From Macrostomum lignano (Eukaryota): DNA of 64,000 nt. A model generated the notes under the pieces. It worked only from the letters and a program-made list of their open reading frames with translations, had not been told where the DNA came from and searched no databases. The translations under genes were made by a program, and so were the position numbers. This document shows positions 41,080 to 53,654 of the stretch, piece after piece. The stretch lies in assembly GCA_002269645.1 (NCBI GenBank), contig NIVC01000109.1, positions 908,780 to 972,779 of the forward strand, written 5' to 3'. Within the stretch, counting starts at the first letter, position 1. Every line of letters starts with the position of its first letter.

Positions 41080-44000
41080 TTAGGAGAGCCTGGCGAGCTT
41101 AGCTCCATGGTGATGGCGTGATTGATAGGGCTCGTCTGCGGCTGCGGCCAACGGCGATATTGAATCTTCTGAGTCTGACTGACGGCCCGATCGCCGGGGT
41201 GGCCGCTGGTTTGGCCTCCGATCAGGTCGATGAATATTTGGTCGCTGGTTTGGTCGCTGCAGTGGTTTCCTACGCAGATGGACAGAAATACGATGATTAC
41301 GGGTGATTTTCTACTAAAATAGTCAAGCGCACAGAGAATGCTAATAGAGGACAGGGTATAGGCTAGGATAAAAGAGCTGAAACCAGGACAGAACCTCAGT
41401 AGTTTCGGGTGGTGGCAACCAGGATAGAACCCCAGTAGTTTCGGGTGGTGGCAACCAGGATAGAACCCCAGTAGTTTCGGGTGGTGGCAACCAGGATAGA
41501 ACCCCAGTAGTTTCGGGTGGTGGCAACCAGGATAGAACCCCAGTAGTTTCGGGCGGTGGCAACCAGGACAGAACCCCAGTAGTTTCGGGTGGTGGCAACC
41601 AGGATAGAACCCCAGTAGTTTCGGGTGGTGGCAACCAGGATAGAAACCCAGTAGTTTCGGGTGGTGGCAACCAGGACAGAACCTCAGTAGTTTCGGGTGG
41701 TGGCAACCAGGACAGAACCCCAGTAGTTTCGGGTGGTGGCAACCAGGACAGAACCCCAGTAGTTTCGGGTGGTGGCAACCAGGACAGAACCTCAGTAGTT
41801 TCGGGTGGTGGCAACCAGGACAGAACCTCAGTAGTTTCGGGTGGTGGCAACCAGGATAGAACCCCAGTAGTTTCGGGTGGTGGCAACCAGGACAGAACCA
41901 CAGTAGTTTCGGGTGGTGGCAACCAGGACAGAACCCCTGTAGTTTCGGGCGGTGGCAACCAGGACAGAACCCCAGTAGTTTCGGGTGGTGGCAACCAGGA
42001 CAGAACCACAGTAGTTTCGGGTGGTGGCAACCAGGATAGAACCCCAGTAGTTTCGGGTGGTGGCAACCAGGACAGAACCACAGTAGTTTCGGGTGGTGGC
42101 AACCAGGACAGAACCCCAGTAGTTTCGGGTGGTGGCAACCAGGACAGAACCCCAGTAGTTTCGGGTGGTGGCAACCAGGACAGAACCCCTGTAGTTTCGG
42201 GCGGTGGCAACCAGGACAGAACCCCAGTAGTTTCGGGTGGTGGCAACCAGGACAGAACCCCAGTAGTTTCGGGTGGTGGCAACCAGGACAGAACCCCAGT
42301 AGTTTCGGGTGGTGGCAACCAGGACAGAACCCCAGTAGTTTCGGGTGGTGGCAACCAGGACAGAACCCCAGTAGTTTCGGGTGGTGGCAACCAGGACAGA
42401 ACCCCAGTAGTTTCGGGTGGTGGCAACCAGGACAGAACCCCAGTAGTTTCGGGTGGTGGCAACCAGGACAGAACCCCAGTAGTTTCGGGTGGTGGCAACC
42501 AGGACAGAACCCCTGTAGTTTCGGGCGGTGGCAACCAGGACAGAACCCCAGTAGTTTCGGGTGGTGGCAACCAGGATAGAAACCCAGTAGTTTCGGGTGG
42601 TGGCAACCAGGACAGAACCCCAGTAGTTTCGGGTGGTGGCAACCAGGACAGAACCTCAGTAGTTTCGGGTGGTGGCAACCAGGACAGAACCCCAGTAGTT
42701 TCGGGTGGTGGCAACCAGGACAGAACCCCAGTAGTTTCGGGTGGTGGCAACCAGGACAGAACCCCAGTAGTTTTGGGTGGTGGCAACCAGGATAGAAACC
42801 CAGTAGTTTCGGGTGGTGGCAACCAGGACAGAAACCCAGTAGTTTCGGGTGGTGGCAACCAGGACAGAACCCCAGTAGTTTCGGGTGGCAACCAGGACAG
42901 AACCCCAGTAGTTTCGGGTGGTGGCAACCAGGACAGAACCCCTGTAGTTTCGGGTGGTGGCAACCAGGACAGAACCCCAGTAGTTTCGGGTGGTGGCAAC
43001 CAGGACAGAACCCCAGTAGTTTCGGGTGGTGGCAACCAGGACAAAACCCCAGTAGTTTCGGGTGGTGGCAACCAGGACAGAACCACAGTAGTTTCGGGTG
43101 GTGGCAACCAGGACAGAACCTCAGTAGTTTCGGGTGGTGGCAACCAGGATAGAACCCCAGTAGTTTCGGGTGGTGGCAACCAGGATAGAACCCCAGTAGT
43201 TTCGGGTGGTGGCAACCAGGATAGAACCCCAGTAGTTTCGGGTGGTGGCAACCAGGATAGAACCCCAGTAGTTTCGGGTGGTGGCAACCAGGATAGAACC
43301 CCAGTAGTTTCGGGTGGTGGCAACCAGGATAGAACCCCAGTAGTTTCGGGTGGTGGCAACCAGGATAGAACCCCAGTAGTTTCGGGTGGTGGCAACCAGG
43401 ATAGAACCCCAGTAGTTTCGGGTGGTGGCAACCAGGATAGAACCCCAGTAGTTTCGGGTGGTGGCAACCAGGATAGAACCCCAGTAGTTTCGGGTGGTGG
43501 CAACCAGGATAGAACCCCAGTAGTTTCGGGTGGTGGCAACCAGGATAGAACCCCAGTAGTTTCGGGTGGTGGCAACCAGGATAGAACCCCAGTAGTTTCG
43601 GGTGGTGGCAACCAGGATAGAACCCCAGTAGTTTCGGGTGGTGGCAACCAGGATAGAACCCCAGTAGTTTCGGGTGGTGGCAACCAGGATAGAACCCCAG
43701 TAGTTTCGGGTGGTGGCAACCAGGATAGAACCCCAGTAGTTTCGGGTGGTGGCAACCAGGACAGAACCCCAGTAGTTTCGGGTGGTGGCAACCAGCAGCG
43801 CAATAAATCTGTAGAGATCCTACCTTTCACTGAACCATCGCTGATTCTGCGCACTTCTTGTTGGCGAGCGAGGCGTCTGCTCACGGAGGACTTCGTCTCG
43901 ATTACTCATAGTTCGACTTTTGACGCCGCTGTACCAGCCCAGCCGCGTCTTGGCCTCCGCAACCATGGAATCAACGTCGACACTTTCCAGACGCTTGTTC

Positions 44001-46166
44001 AGCTGGACGCTGGCCCAGTTGGCGACGTGCTCAGCAACCAGCCTGAGCAGCAGGCGGCGGTACCGAGGCCACAGAGTGCTAGCCAGGTAGCGATTGGTGC
44101 ACAGCTGCACCTGGTCAGGTCTGGCTGGCGTCCCAGCGAGCAGAGCAAAGCCGGACACGGCCATGCTGGCCAGACAGTCCACCAGCTGCACGGGAAACTG
44201 CGCTACCGCGCGCCGAGCGGAACTGGCAGCGAATGAGACGAATTGGCCAATAACGCTGAGCTGATGGATTGCCTGAGCATCGAGAGTCCACTGCAGAGTT
44301 ACCAGCTCGTTAAACGGACGAAGCAGATTAAATAGTTCTGGCATTCGAACCGCATAACTAACCCACCGTTTCTTAGACAATTGGTTCGAATAGGCAGTAA
44401 ACGAAGGCAGCTGCATGCTGACCTGAGCGCTGCCGGCTGGCAAGCCAAGGTCGGCCAAAATTGGCGAAATCTGCGGGTTCATAAGCGGGATAATTGTGAA
44501 AAATGATCCCGCAGACAAGTTCTGATCCTGCGACTGACAGTCCCGATCCCTTAGATCCCGATCCCGTAAGATATGAGTCCCGATCCTGTAGCTAAGAGTC
44601 CCGATCCCGTTAGATATGAGTCCCGATCCCGTAGCTAAGAGTCCCGATCGCGTTAGATATGAGTCCCGATCCCGTTAGATATGAGTCCCGATCCCGTTAG
44701 ATATGAGGCCCGATCCTGTAGCTAAGAGTCCCGATCCCGTTAGATATGAGGCCCGATCCTGTAGCTAAGAGTCCCGATCCCGTTAAATATGAGTCCCGAT
44801 CCCTTAGATCCCGATCCCGTTAGATATGAGTCCCGATCCTGTAGCTAAGAGTCCCGATCCCGTTAGATATGAGGCCCGATCCTGTAGCTAAGAGTCCCGA
44901 TCCCGTTAGATATGAGGCCCGATCCTGTAGCTAAGAGTCCCGATCCCGTTAGATATGAGTCCCGATCCCTTAGATCCCGATCCCGTAAGATATGAGTCCC
45001 GATCCCGTAAGATATGAGTCCCGATCCTGTAGCTAAGAGTCCCGATCCCGTTAGATATGAGTCCCGATCCCGTAGCTAAGAGTCCCGATCGCGTTAGATA
45101 TGAGTCCCGATCCCGTTAGATATGAGTCCCGATCGCGTTAGATATGAGTCCCGATCCCGTTAGATATGAGTCCCGATGATGTACGAGCTAGCTAAGTGTC
45201 CCGATCCCGTAGCTAAGAGTCCGATCCCGTTAGATATGAGTCCCGATCCCATAGCTAAAAGTCCTGATCCCATAGCTAAGAGTCCCGATCCCGAAGCTAA
45301 TTGTCCCGATCAGGAAGCTAAGTGTCCCGATCCCGAAGCTAAGTGTCCCGAAAACGAAGCTAAGAGTCCCGATTCTGTAGCTAAGAGTCCGGATCTCGTA
45401 GCTAAGAGTCCCGATCCCATAGCTGAGAGTCCCGATCCCGAAGCTAATTGTCCCGATCCCGAAGCTAAGTGTCCTGAAAACGAAGCTAAGAGTCCCGATT
45501 CTGTAGCTAAGAGTCCGGATCTCGTAGCTAAGAGTCCCAATTCCGTAGCTAAGGGTCCCAATCCCGTAGATAAGAGTCCCGATCCCGTAGCTGAAAATCC
45601 AAATTCTCCAACTTATTTTTTTGACCAAAGACCTGAGAAAAGCTTCCCCGAAAACGCCAAAATGCTAATGTAATACACTGGCTACAAGTCATAAATCATG
45701 GCCCAAACCTTACCATCTGGTTAAGCGCCTGTGACACCCTCTCGGAGGTCCAGCCTCGGCCGCCAAGCCGGTCGGCGATTTCGGCGGTGGACCTGGCGCA
45801 GGCCATGCCGAACGCCCGAGCAACAGCCTCGGCGCTCAAGTCCGGTCGCTGTCCGATTAGGCGATAAATCCGACGCTCAATTCGATTTCGAATCTGCCTG
45901 CGCCACCTGAGGCTCTTGCCAGATTTGATAACGAAGCCATGGCTGTTGCAACAGCCTAAGCAGTACTGCATTAGCGAGGTGTTGACGCAATTGTAGAATT
46001 CCGATAAGCACGCCTCCGAATCCAGCGTATCCAGTTCATCCTGAGCCGAGCTCGATGCCAGCGAACTGTCACCGCTTGTTGACGCACTCGAAGAAGCCGC
46101 CGCAGGCGTCTGTGATCGTTGAACTCCTGCTCTCGGCTGCAGCGCAGTTGGCAGCGAGGAAGACAT
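41080..46166 (-). CDS. Unknown protein, about 429 aa, 3 exons, introns filled by minisatellites
   Basis: Exons 46166-45714 (donor ATG|GTAAGG), 44470-43824 (CCGCAG|ATT ... AG|GTAGGA) and 41269-41080 (CGTAG|G) join in frame (1290 nt). No family recognised. Confidence 0.62.
41382..43797. repeat. 36-bp minisatellite, about 67 copies, intronic
   Basis: Unit GGTGGTGGCAACCAGGA(T/C)AGAACCCCAGTAGTTTCG; one 33-bp unit near 42880; a run of identical copies at about 43140-43740. Confidence 0.98.
44537..45595. repeat. About 21-bp compound minisatellite, intronic
   Basis: Alternating GAGTCCCGATCCCGTTAGATAT and GAGTCCCGATCCTGTAGCTAA units, more degenerate after about 45180. Confidence 0.95.
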
Positions 46167-47069
46167 TGCAGAAATATTACAGATGCTATTTCATTGTCTG
46201 CAGTCTATGAGAATCATGCAATAATATACGACTTCAATCAAGATATAGATTATTATGGAAGTACACATGCCTAGAACACGCAAACCTATTTATTAGCAAT
46301 GAAGCTGGAACTAATTCAAAATGTGATATTATTGCTAGCCATACCAGTAGAACCAAAAAAATCGGTTAATCTCCAACAGAGATAAAAATCAAACTACGAG
46401 CCGTACAGCTGTACTCAACAACATTAGAAAGTCACCACCTTTGAGAGTGCGCAGTAAATTATAGTTTATTATTGACTTTTGAGTGAAGCAACTTGCGCCA
46501 CGCGACGCAGAGTTGAGCTGGGTGAGGAGGGATTGGGAAGAGCGGAGGGCGAAGATTGGATAGATTGAAGCTTCCGCCCGGTTTTCATTGTTTTTTCAAG
46601 CATTTTTTAATATCAAAATGGTTGGCAAGGAGATAGACGCTGGTCGAAAGACACTGCTCACTGGGGTAAAGGGTGGCGACTTTTTAATGTTGCTGAGTAT
46701 ATGATGACTGCCAGCATAGAGAGTAATGAATGAAGCACATAAACAGATTTGCGTAAAATAATACTTTATTTAGCTGTCTAGAGCACAACCTCAAATTCTT
46801 CTTACAGATGTACTACTTTTAAGTTGAATTCATGCAAAATATGCTGCCTAATCGTATCAGCGATAACTAGATCTTGCACTAGCAAGACTTTATTGCCACC
46901 GATCCGAAAAAAGCTAAAGACGAATAAAACAAACTTTCTCGGCCAGATAAGTCCAGATAAGACAACAGACAAGCGAGGGGTGTGTTAAACATTGGCCACA
47001 CAAAAATTAAAGTATAAAACTGTCGACTGGATTGTCCAAATCGAAAGCATTGCAAGCCCAACAAGAGCC

Positions 47070-48791
47070 ATGACGGAAAACGATTCAAACATAGAGAAGA
47101 AATCCGAAGATTCGGAATGCCGACCCAGAACTTTTGAAGACCTGCTGGGCCTACTGGGGCCCAGAGGTCCCTACCAGATACTGCTGCTGGCATGTCTCTG
47201 CTTTGTCCAAGCCTTCCCTGGTATGGTTACGCTGTCAAACGCATTCGCCAAGTCCTCGCTGATGAAGCACCAGTGCGACATCAACTTAACGGTTGGCAAC
47301 GAACTTATAAGCAGCTGTTGGTCGGCAGAAGCTACAGAGGATGAGTGCCGCGTGCTGGTTAACTGCACTAATGTGCCTGGCGGCAATGTAGCTACATTGC
47401 AATGCATCGACTGGACATTCGACAGGTCAGTCTTTAGGGAAACAATAGCAAGTAGGTTTCGCTTGGTCTGCGGCAACAGTTACCTTGCCGACCTGGCTGC
47501 TACCGGCTATTTTGCCGGATTCCTTCTAGGAGCAAGCCTATACGGTCTATTTGGCGACAGGTTCGGCCGACTACCAGCCTCTCTGGTAAGCATGGCCAAT
47601 CTGACACTTGCAACTGCTCTGGCGGCACTGTCTCCAGTGTACTGGCTATACGCTGTAGCGATGGTGCTAGCTGGCTTTGGCACAGGCGGCATGCTTAGTG
47701 TGCTTTACTCGGCTACCATCGAGTGTACGGACTCTGAGCACAGACTGGTGTGGGGCTTTACCGTCAACCAGGGCTGGTCACTTGGCGTATTCACGGTAAC
47801 TCTGGTTGCCTATTTGGAGCGAAACTATCAGGCCCAGCTGCTGTGGCTGTGCGCAACAAGTTTGCCGCTCTATTTGCTCCTGCTGCTATCTGGCGAATCG
47901 GCCCGCTGGTTGATCTCAGCTGGCAGAGTAGAACGAGCCGATTCTGTCATTGCGCGGGTTGCCCGTCTAAATAGAACAGCCGACAAATTGCCAGAAGACT
48001 TCAGCGCCGAGGAGATCTACCTGCACGAGCAGCGGGCAGTCGCGGTAATGAATACCGGATCCGAAATTCGCACGGGCGGCAACCTCTTAAATCTGTTTCG
48101 AACGCCGGGACTGCGCAGAGCGACTCTGCTAAGTTGGCTGCACTGGTTCGCGGCCTCCATGACCTACTTTGGCATCAGCTTGGCTGGGGACTCAATCGGC
48201 GGAGACGTATTCCTAAATGTGGTTCTCGTATCGGCAGTTGAATTGCCAGCCAGATTCCTCGGCATGCTACTGTCAATCTGCCGCATTGGACGCAAGCCTG
48301 TACTCTATGTTTCATTCGCCTTATCGGCCGTATTCTTGGCAGTCATGGTGGCGGTGTTTGATCAGTCAGTGTCTGGCAGTGCGGCAGCAAACGTGGCACT
48401 GGCAGTTCTAAGCAAGTTAAGCATCACAGTCGCCTTTGACTGCGTGTGGCTCTACTACAGCGAAATGTTTCCAACTGTGATTCGCAGCGTCGGTGTTGGC
48501 TCAGGCTCAACTATGGCCAGGGTTGGCGCCATCCTGAGCACCCAGATGCTGCCGCTGCGCTCAGTATGGGGGCCATTGCCATTTGTGATATTTGGCATTG
48601 GACCGCTGCTTGCCTGTCTAGTGATCTACTTCCTGCCAGAGACTGTGGGCCAGGATCTGCCCGAGACAATCGCCGATGGCGAGAAATTTATTCTGAGCAA
48701 TAGTGGCCAATTGTGCTGTGGCAAAAAGAGTACCAAGGTTGTCCATTCTAATGTAGTTGCTATGGAAACTGGTGCAGCAAAATCGGCTTAA
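47070..48791 (+). CDS. SLC22-like: SLC22 / organic cation transporter-like MFS protein, intronless, 573 aa
   Basis: TFEDLLGLLGPRGPYQ, Cys-rich first loop, WTFDRSVFRETIASRFRLVC, GDRFGR, ESARWL, YYSEMFPTVIRSVGVG, FLPETVGQDLPETIADGE; about 12 hydrophobic segments. The ATG at 47070 is in frame with the tracked ORF. Confidence 0.95.
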   Translation: MTENDSNIEKKSEDSECRPRTFEDLLGLLGPRGPYQILLLACLCFVQAFPGMVTLSNAFAKSSLMKHQCDINLTVGNELISSCWSAEATEDECRVLVNCTNVPGGNVATLQCIDWTFDRSVFRETIASRFRLVCGNSYLADLAATGYFAGFLLGASLYGLFGDRFGRLPASLVSMANLTLATALAALSPVYWLYAVAMVLAGFGTGGMLSVLYSATIECTDSEHRLVWGFTVNQGWSLGVFTVTLVAYLERNYQAQLLWLCATSLPLYLLLLLSGESARWLISAGRVERADSVIARVARLNRTADKLPEDFSAEEIYLHEQRAVAVMNTGSEIRTGGNLLNLFRTPGLRRATLLSWLHWFAASMTYFGISLAGDSIGGDVFLNVVLVSAVELPARFLGMLLSICRIGRKPVLYVSFALSAVFLAVMVAVFDQSVSGSAAANVALAVLSKLSITVAFDCVWLYYSEMFPTVIRSVGVGSGSTMARVGAILSTQMLPLRSVWGPLPFVIFGIGPLLACLVIYFLPETVGQDLPETIADGEKFILSNSGQLCCGKKSTKVVHSNVVAMETGAAKSA

Positions 48792-49049
48792 GCAAACACA
48801 TTTTTTAAGCACTGTTATCTCTAAACAATTTCTGGAATACTTATTGATTTCCATACTACTGAGGGTAAAAATTATATTGTAAATTTAAACCCCAAAATTT
48901 GGTGGCCCTTTATTGGTATCTGCTTGATTCTTACAAGCAGACAGCTTTGGTGTGACAATTATGCAATATCAATGCTTTTCTATAGCTTAAAAATTTGCCT
49001 TATCATTTTTATGCATTTTTTGCACTTTTTTGTTTTAAATGTATAGCAG

Positions 49050-49570
49050 TCCATGAGAATTGCCCGTAGATGAATTGCCTGCCAATATTTTCCCACAAAG
49101 CTTTTCCTGCCAAGATTTGCCTGCAATGCATTTTCCCTTGAGTAAATTGCCTATTGAGATTTGCCCATAAGTGAATTTGCCTGCTGAGGTTTGTCCGCAA
49201 TGCTTTTTTCTTATAGCGCATTTGGCCTTGCAGCAGATTTTGTCTGCATGCATTGCCTCCCCAATGTAATAAGTTTTAATAAAAAGATTTATCTAATCAA
49301 AATGTTTTGATAGTAACTACATATTTTTTTTGGGGAGGGGAGCATTGTAGACAGAATCCAGCTGCCAAATGTGTTGCAGGAAAAAGCATTGTGGACAAAC
49401 CTTGGTGGGAAAAAAACTCAACAGACAATTCACTTGTGGGCAAATTGCACTATGGGTAAATCTTGGTGGAAAAAGCTTGGCAAACAAATCTTGATGAGCA
49501 AATCTCCTGCGGGCAAATCTCAGTGGGCAATTTGTCTGCAGGTAATTCGCGTGCTCCCAATGTATTGGGG
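49050..49570. repeat. Degenerate foldback-like repeat (ATTTGCCC/TG modules on the left, GGCAAAT modules on the right)
   Basis: Short modules are arrayed in opposite orientations either side of about 49300; no clear termini or TSD found. Confidence 0.35.
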
Positions 49571-49959
49571 GAAATGACTATATATAGGAACAATTTTGCT
49601 GCAAATAAAACCAACTTGCCATTGACTAAATTGCTAATTAAGTTAAGTCCTAAGCAGTTTAAACTACAATCCTTCTTAGAATTGAATGTTGAAAATAAAG
49701 TTATACATTTTCAAGAACCTTTTTAAAGGCAGTTCAGAGAAGTCTACTAAGAAAGAAAGTTAGGATCTATTCAAAGAGATACAAAGCATTGCGCTGTGAC
49801 AATCTGATGCTATTAACACCCAGATTGGGAAAATATATGTAGCAATAAAATAAGCTATTCTGGAGTCATTTTATGCCACCATGCACTTGTAGCAACAGCA
49901 GGGAGGGCAGTTTTGTGAGCCAAGCTGGTATGGATGCTGCTTCCTGTGGGTAGCAAAGC

Positions 49960-51570
49960 CTGTGAGCATTTTCTCCAAAAAACAGCATGCATCTACCATG
50001 CTGAAGATCAGGCCCATGGAATCCCAGCACATTGGGTTCCACTCTTCTTTGATTTGAGGGCATACACAAACAAAAAGTATATAGTCAGCAAGGTTATTGA
50101 CAAGCAGAGAAACTTGTTTGCCTACCATTGCCCATTCATTAGATAACTAAGAACTTTAAATTGACTAATGACTAGACTATGATTAGCTTTGACATCAAAT
50201 CGCTATTTACAAATGTTCCCATTGATTTTGCAATCAACCTAGCCTATAGATATGTTTACTGTGAAGACTCTCCTATACATATTCCTTTTAGTGAGGATAT
50301 TTTCTGTAAGTTGCTTAGGTTTAGTACCAATGGCCTGTTCATATATTGTGAGCACCTCTACAGGCAGATAGATGGCTGTGCTATGGGTAGTCCCCTTGCA
50401 CCAATGCTTGCCAACCTCTGCCTTGCCCATTAAGAAGCTAAATGGCTGAAGTGCCCCTGTGCCCCCTGGTGTACCACTGTTATATAGATGACACATTTGC
50501 TATCTTCAACACCAAAGCAAGCCCATATACTGAATTCCTGAATGTCATTAACAATACCTATCCTAACAAAATTCACTGCTAAGATTCTAGGATGGAATCT
50601 TTGCATGACAAGTTTGGAACAAAAAGTTGCATGCAATTTTTTCGTGCAAGTTTTTTACCCATGAATGCACAATTTTTTGCCACTTGAATTTCTTAGCAAC
50701 TTTTTTACAATGTTTTATTAAAGCTTAAATAAATCTTTAATAATAAACAATATTATTCTTTTTTGTTTAATGTAGTTCCCAGTAGCTTTGTTTTTTAATT
50801 TGCAATAACTTTGTTTTACTGTAACAAGTGCAATATTCAAAATTTAAATGAAACTATGCAAGATTTCTTAGAATATTAAGCTGCACGCAGGTAAGCTTTT
50901 TAAAGTTGCGCAATTTTGCTAGAAATGTGCGCACAAGTGCGCAAGTTTTTGTTAGCGCGCACGAAATGTGTCCAGGATTTTGTATAAAAATTCCATCTTG
51001 GCTAAGATTAGTGACAAATTTTTAAACTTTCTTGATGTCACTTCTTACCACAATGGCAGCAACCTTGAAATGTCTGTCAAGAACCACAAGAAAATGTTTA
51101 CTGAGCCTATGCTCAACTAACATGCCATTTGCCCCAACTCTTAGAAGGTTGGTTTGATTTGTGGTTTGCTGCACTGGGCTTACTGTGTATAGCTTGTGCT
51201 ACATAAGGAGCTGACTCAGATCAAACAGATCTTTAGATTGAACAACTATCCCGACTAGCATTAGATTTGTGCAAACTTTGGTCTCCACTTTGACTAAAAG
51301 TTATTATTATTTTTCTATTCAATTATTGTTATAATTGAAATTAAGGAATTCTTGAACAGGAAAATGAACAAGAAAATAGACACCAAGGAAAATGTTTAGC
51401 ACTGTGTATGACTGACTACCTTCTAATGTGCAACCAATGCACTAAAGTTAGATATACTACGAAATTTGAAATTATTGATTGTAACTGCCAGAGTATAAAG
51501 TTGTCTATTCTTGAGGCATTGTACATTAAATAGCTAAAGCCCACCATAAATATCCAACTTGGTAGTAGAG
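49960..51570 (+). mobile_element. Decayed Penelope-like retroelement (RT and GIY-YIG remnants)
   Basis: SFDIKSLFTNVP, YRQIDGCAMGSPLAPMLAN, a YIDDTF-like segment (TATATAGATGACACATTT), KFTAKI...LNFLDV after removing the MITE, and LEALYIK*LKPTINIQL near 51510-51560. Many stops and frameshifts. A 64-bp segment 51256-51319 recurs at 52215-52278. Confidence 0.85.
50587..51001. mobile_element. hAT-like MITE inserted in the Penelope RT
   Basis: Termini CTAGGATGGAAT.../...ATTCCATCTTGG (10/12 match); 8-bp TSD CTAAGATT (50579-50586, 51002-51009); removal rejoins RT motifs. Confidence 0.75.
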
Positions 51571-53499
51571 GGGTGAGTGTCTATAGGGTGTTCTGACCCC
51601 ACGTGCTTGTCTCTTATTTAGAGCCATCTAACTTTGCTATCCATACTTGCATCATTTTGGCTTACTAGACTTTAAAAAATTACTATCTTTCTGCATCTAT
51701 ATTATTGCCTAAAGATGCCAATTGTTTGGCAAAACATGTCATGCAAAGATTAGGCCTAATAAATTGTAATTTGGTATTATTAAAGAAAAAATGTGAATAT
51801 TTGTTTTTGCTTTCGTTTCTTGGCTTTTCTCAAACAATATACCTTACATTGAAAATTACTATTAATTGTTATTGATAATAATAATAATTTATTTTTAGAG
51901 AATAATATGCAAAAGTAGTTCCAAGGTCAAGGATAGGAATTTAGTAGGTTTAAAATGTTTGGGTTTTAATAGCTTGTTTTGTTATAATGATTATATTGAT
52001 AAAAATAGAAACTATATTAAATTGATATGTTCTTTATTTTGACTGAGGGCCACACTCTATTTGTATAATCAGATACATTATTAATAGGTCTATTAAATAT
52101 AATTGTCTAGAATCTAGATTGCCTGTCACTAGATCATCTTGTCACTAGATTGATTGGAAGCAATTACCTAAATGCAATAGCTCCTTTTACCCTCCCTCTC
52201 TACCACTGAGAAGATAGCATTAGATTTGTGCAAACTTTGGTCTCCACTTTGACTAAAAGTTATTATTATTTTTCTATTATACAAAGAAACAAATGTGTTA
52301 GGCCTATATTCCTAATAACTAAATGTAATAAATTATTAGGCCTATATAAATATAAAATACTTCATAACAAGATTTTTTGCTGAGCCTTTTTCTTAGGTTA
52401 GAATTTGCTAATATTATTCCTTTTTAATGATATTATAATTATCCCCATTATAAGTTTTTAGACAATCAAGGCCTAGGCACTACTTTATAAATTATTTTAT
52501 TTATGAAAATTAAGATCCAATAAAATTAGACTAAAAATCATATTTAAACCTTTTAATATATCTTTATTAATTATATCCTAATTGTCTTTATTAAAAATCT
52601 CATACCTGCTAAGAATAAGATAGGTCTAGTCTACTAGCTTTGGCTAGCTAGCTATGCAACTTATAGAGATAAAGTTAGAGTATATTATTGGTATTTAACC
52701 AACTAAATCAACCAACTAACCAATTAAAAACACAACACTTGACCTGCTCTTGCCATATTATAAATGCTAAGAATCTGGCCTATAATACCTAGGCCTATTT
52801 AAAACCAGGGCCTGTGGAACAATTCATAGTTATTTTGTATTTAATTAGATTAGATTCAAACATTAGCTAGCTTAGTTAGAATTGAATTCAAGAGTTCATC
52901 TCATAGGACCATTATTTTAAATTGTAATCGACGATCAATGGGCTTACTATAATGATTATAGTTACATTAGAACAATTTCGAGTAAACGTCCAACTGTTGT
53001 CTGGAGCTCTCCGGTTAAAACAGTCAACTAAGGCAACTTAAAAATTCGCTTCGACGAATTTACCCAGTTCAAATGCCAGGTAAAGTTGATTTCTATATTA
53101 ACAAATTCGCTAAATCAAAGAGCTAAGAAGCTAAGATCCAAAAAACTTATCAAGTGGGCTTAACTAAAGGCATATTATCCATTAAAAGTGGATAAACGTT
53201 CATTCAGTTCTTAAGCTCTTTATAGTTTATACGCACATAAACTATACATGAAATATCGGTCTTCTTGAAAGAGAAAAGTGGGGGACTAACGCATGCAAAA
53301 ATTCAATCTCATTTCACTAGTGCCTCACGCAGAAAAAAAACTTTTATGAGCTTATCAAGGACGACTTAAGTAGAAGGACGGTACCTATTCAGACAGGCCG
53401 ATCCTCAGCACCTACATGTAGTCCAGTAACAGCAGAAATAGAAGAGGCGCCAGCGTGTTAACCCTGAAGCACGCCCATCTAGAGATTGTATAATCTAAG

Positions 53500-53654
53500 A
53501 TTGAGGATGTGTGTGACGATCCACCAGTCCTTTGGTGGAGTGAACAGCCGTACGCAGCCTTCAGATGCAGCGCGGAATTAGGTAAGGCTGAGCTGTCGGT
53601 TGCACGACTGCCCATAGGCTGGTGTAATCAATTTATTGTTATTATTATTATTAC
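53500..53654 (+). mobile_element. 5'-truncated copy of the tRNA-derived SINE
   Basis: TTGAGGATGTGTGTG...TGAACAGCCGTACGCAGCCTTCAGATGC...GCTGAGCTGTCGGTTGCAC...GGTGTAATCAAT plus ATT tail, matching 3775-3930. Confidence 0.85.

Noticed and set aside
41341-44236. 847-aa (LSWLPPPETTGV)n and 487-aa (GGGNQDRTPVVS)n ORFs
   Set aside because: 36-bp array open on both strands and lying inside a GT-AG intron of the 41080-46166 gene.
45176-45673. SPDP-repeat ORF resembling a Pol II CTD-like or structural repeat protein
   Set aside because: Degenerate end of the 21-bp intronic array, antisense to the host gene.
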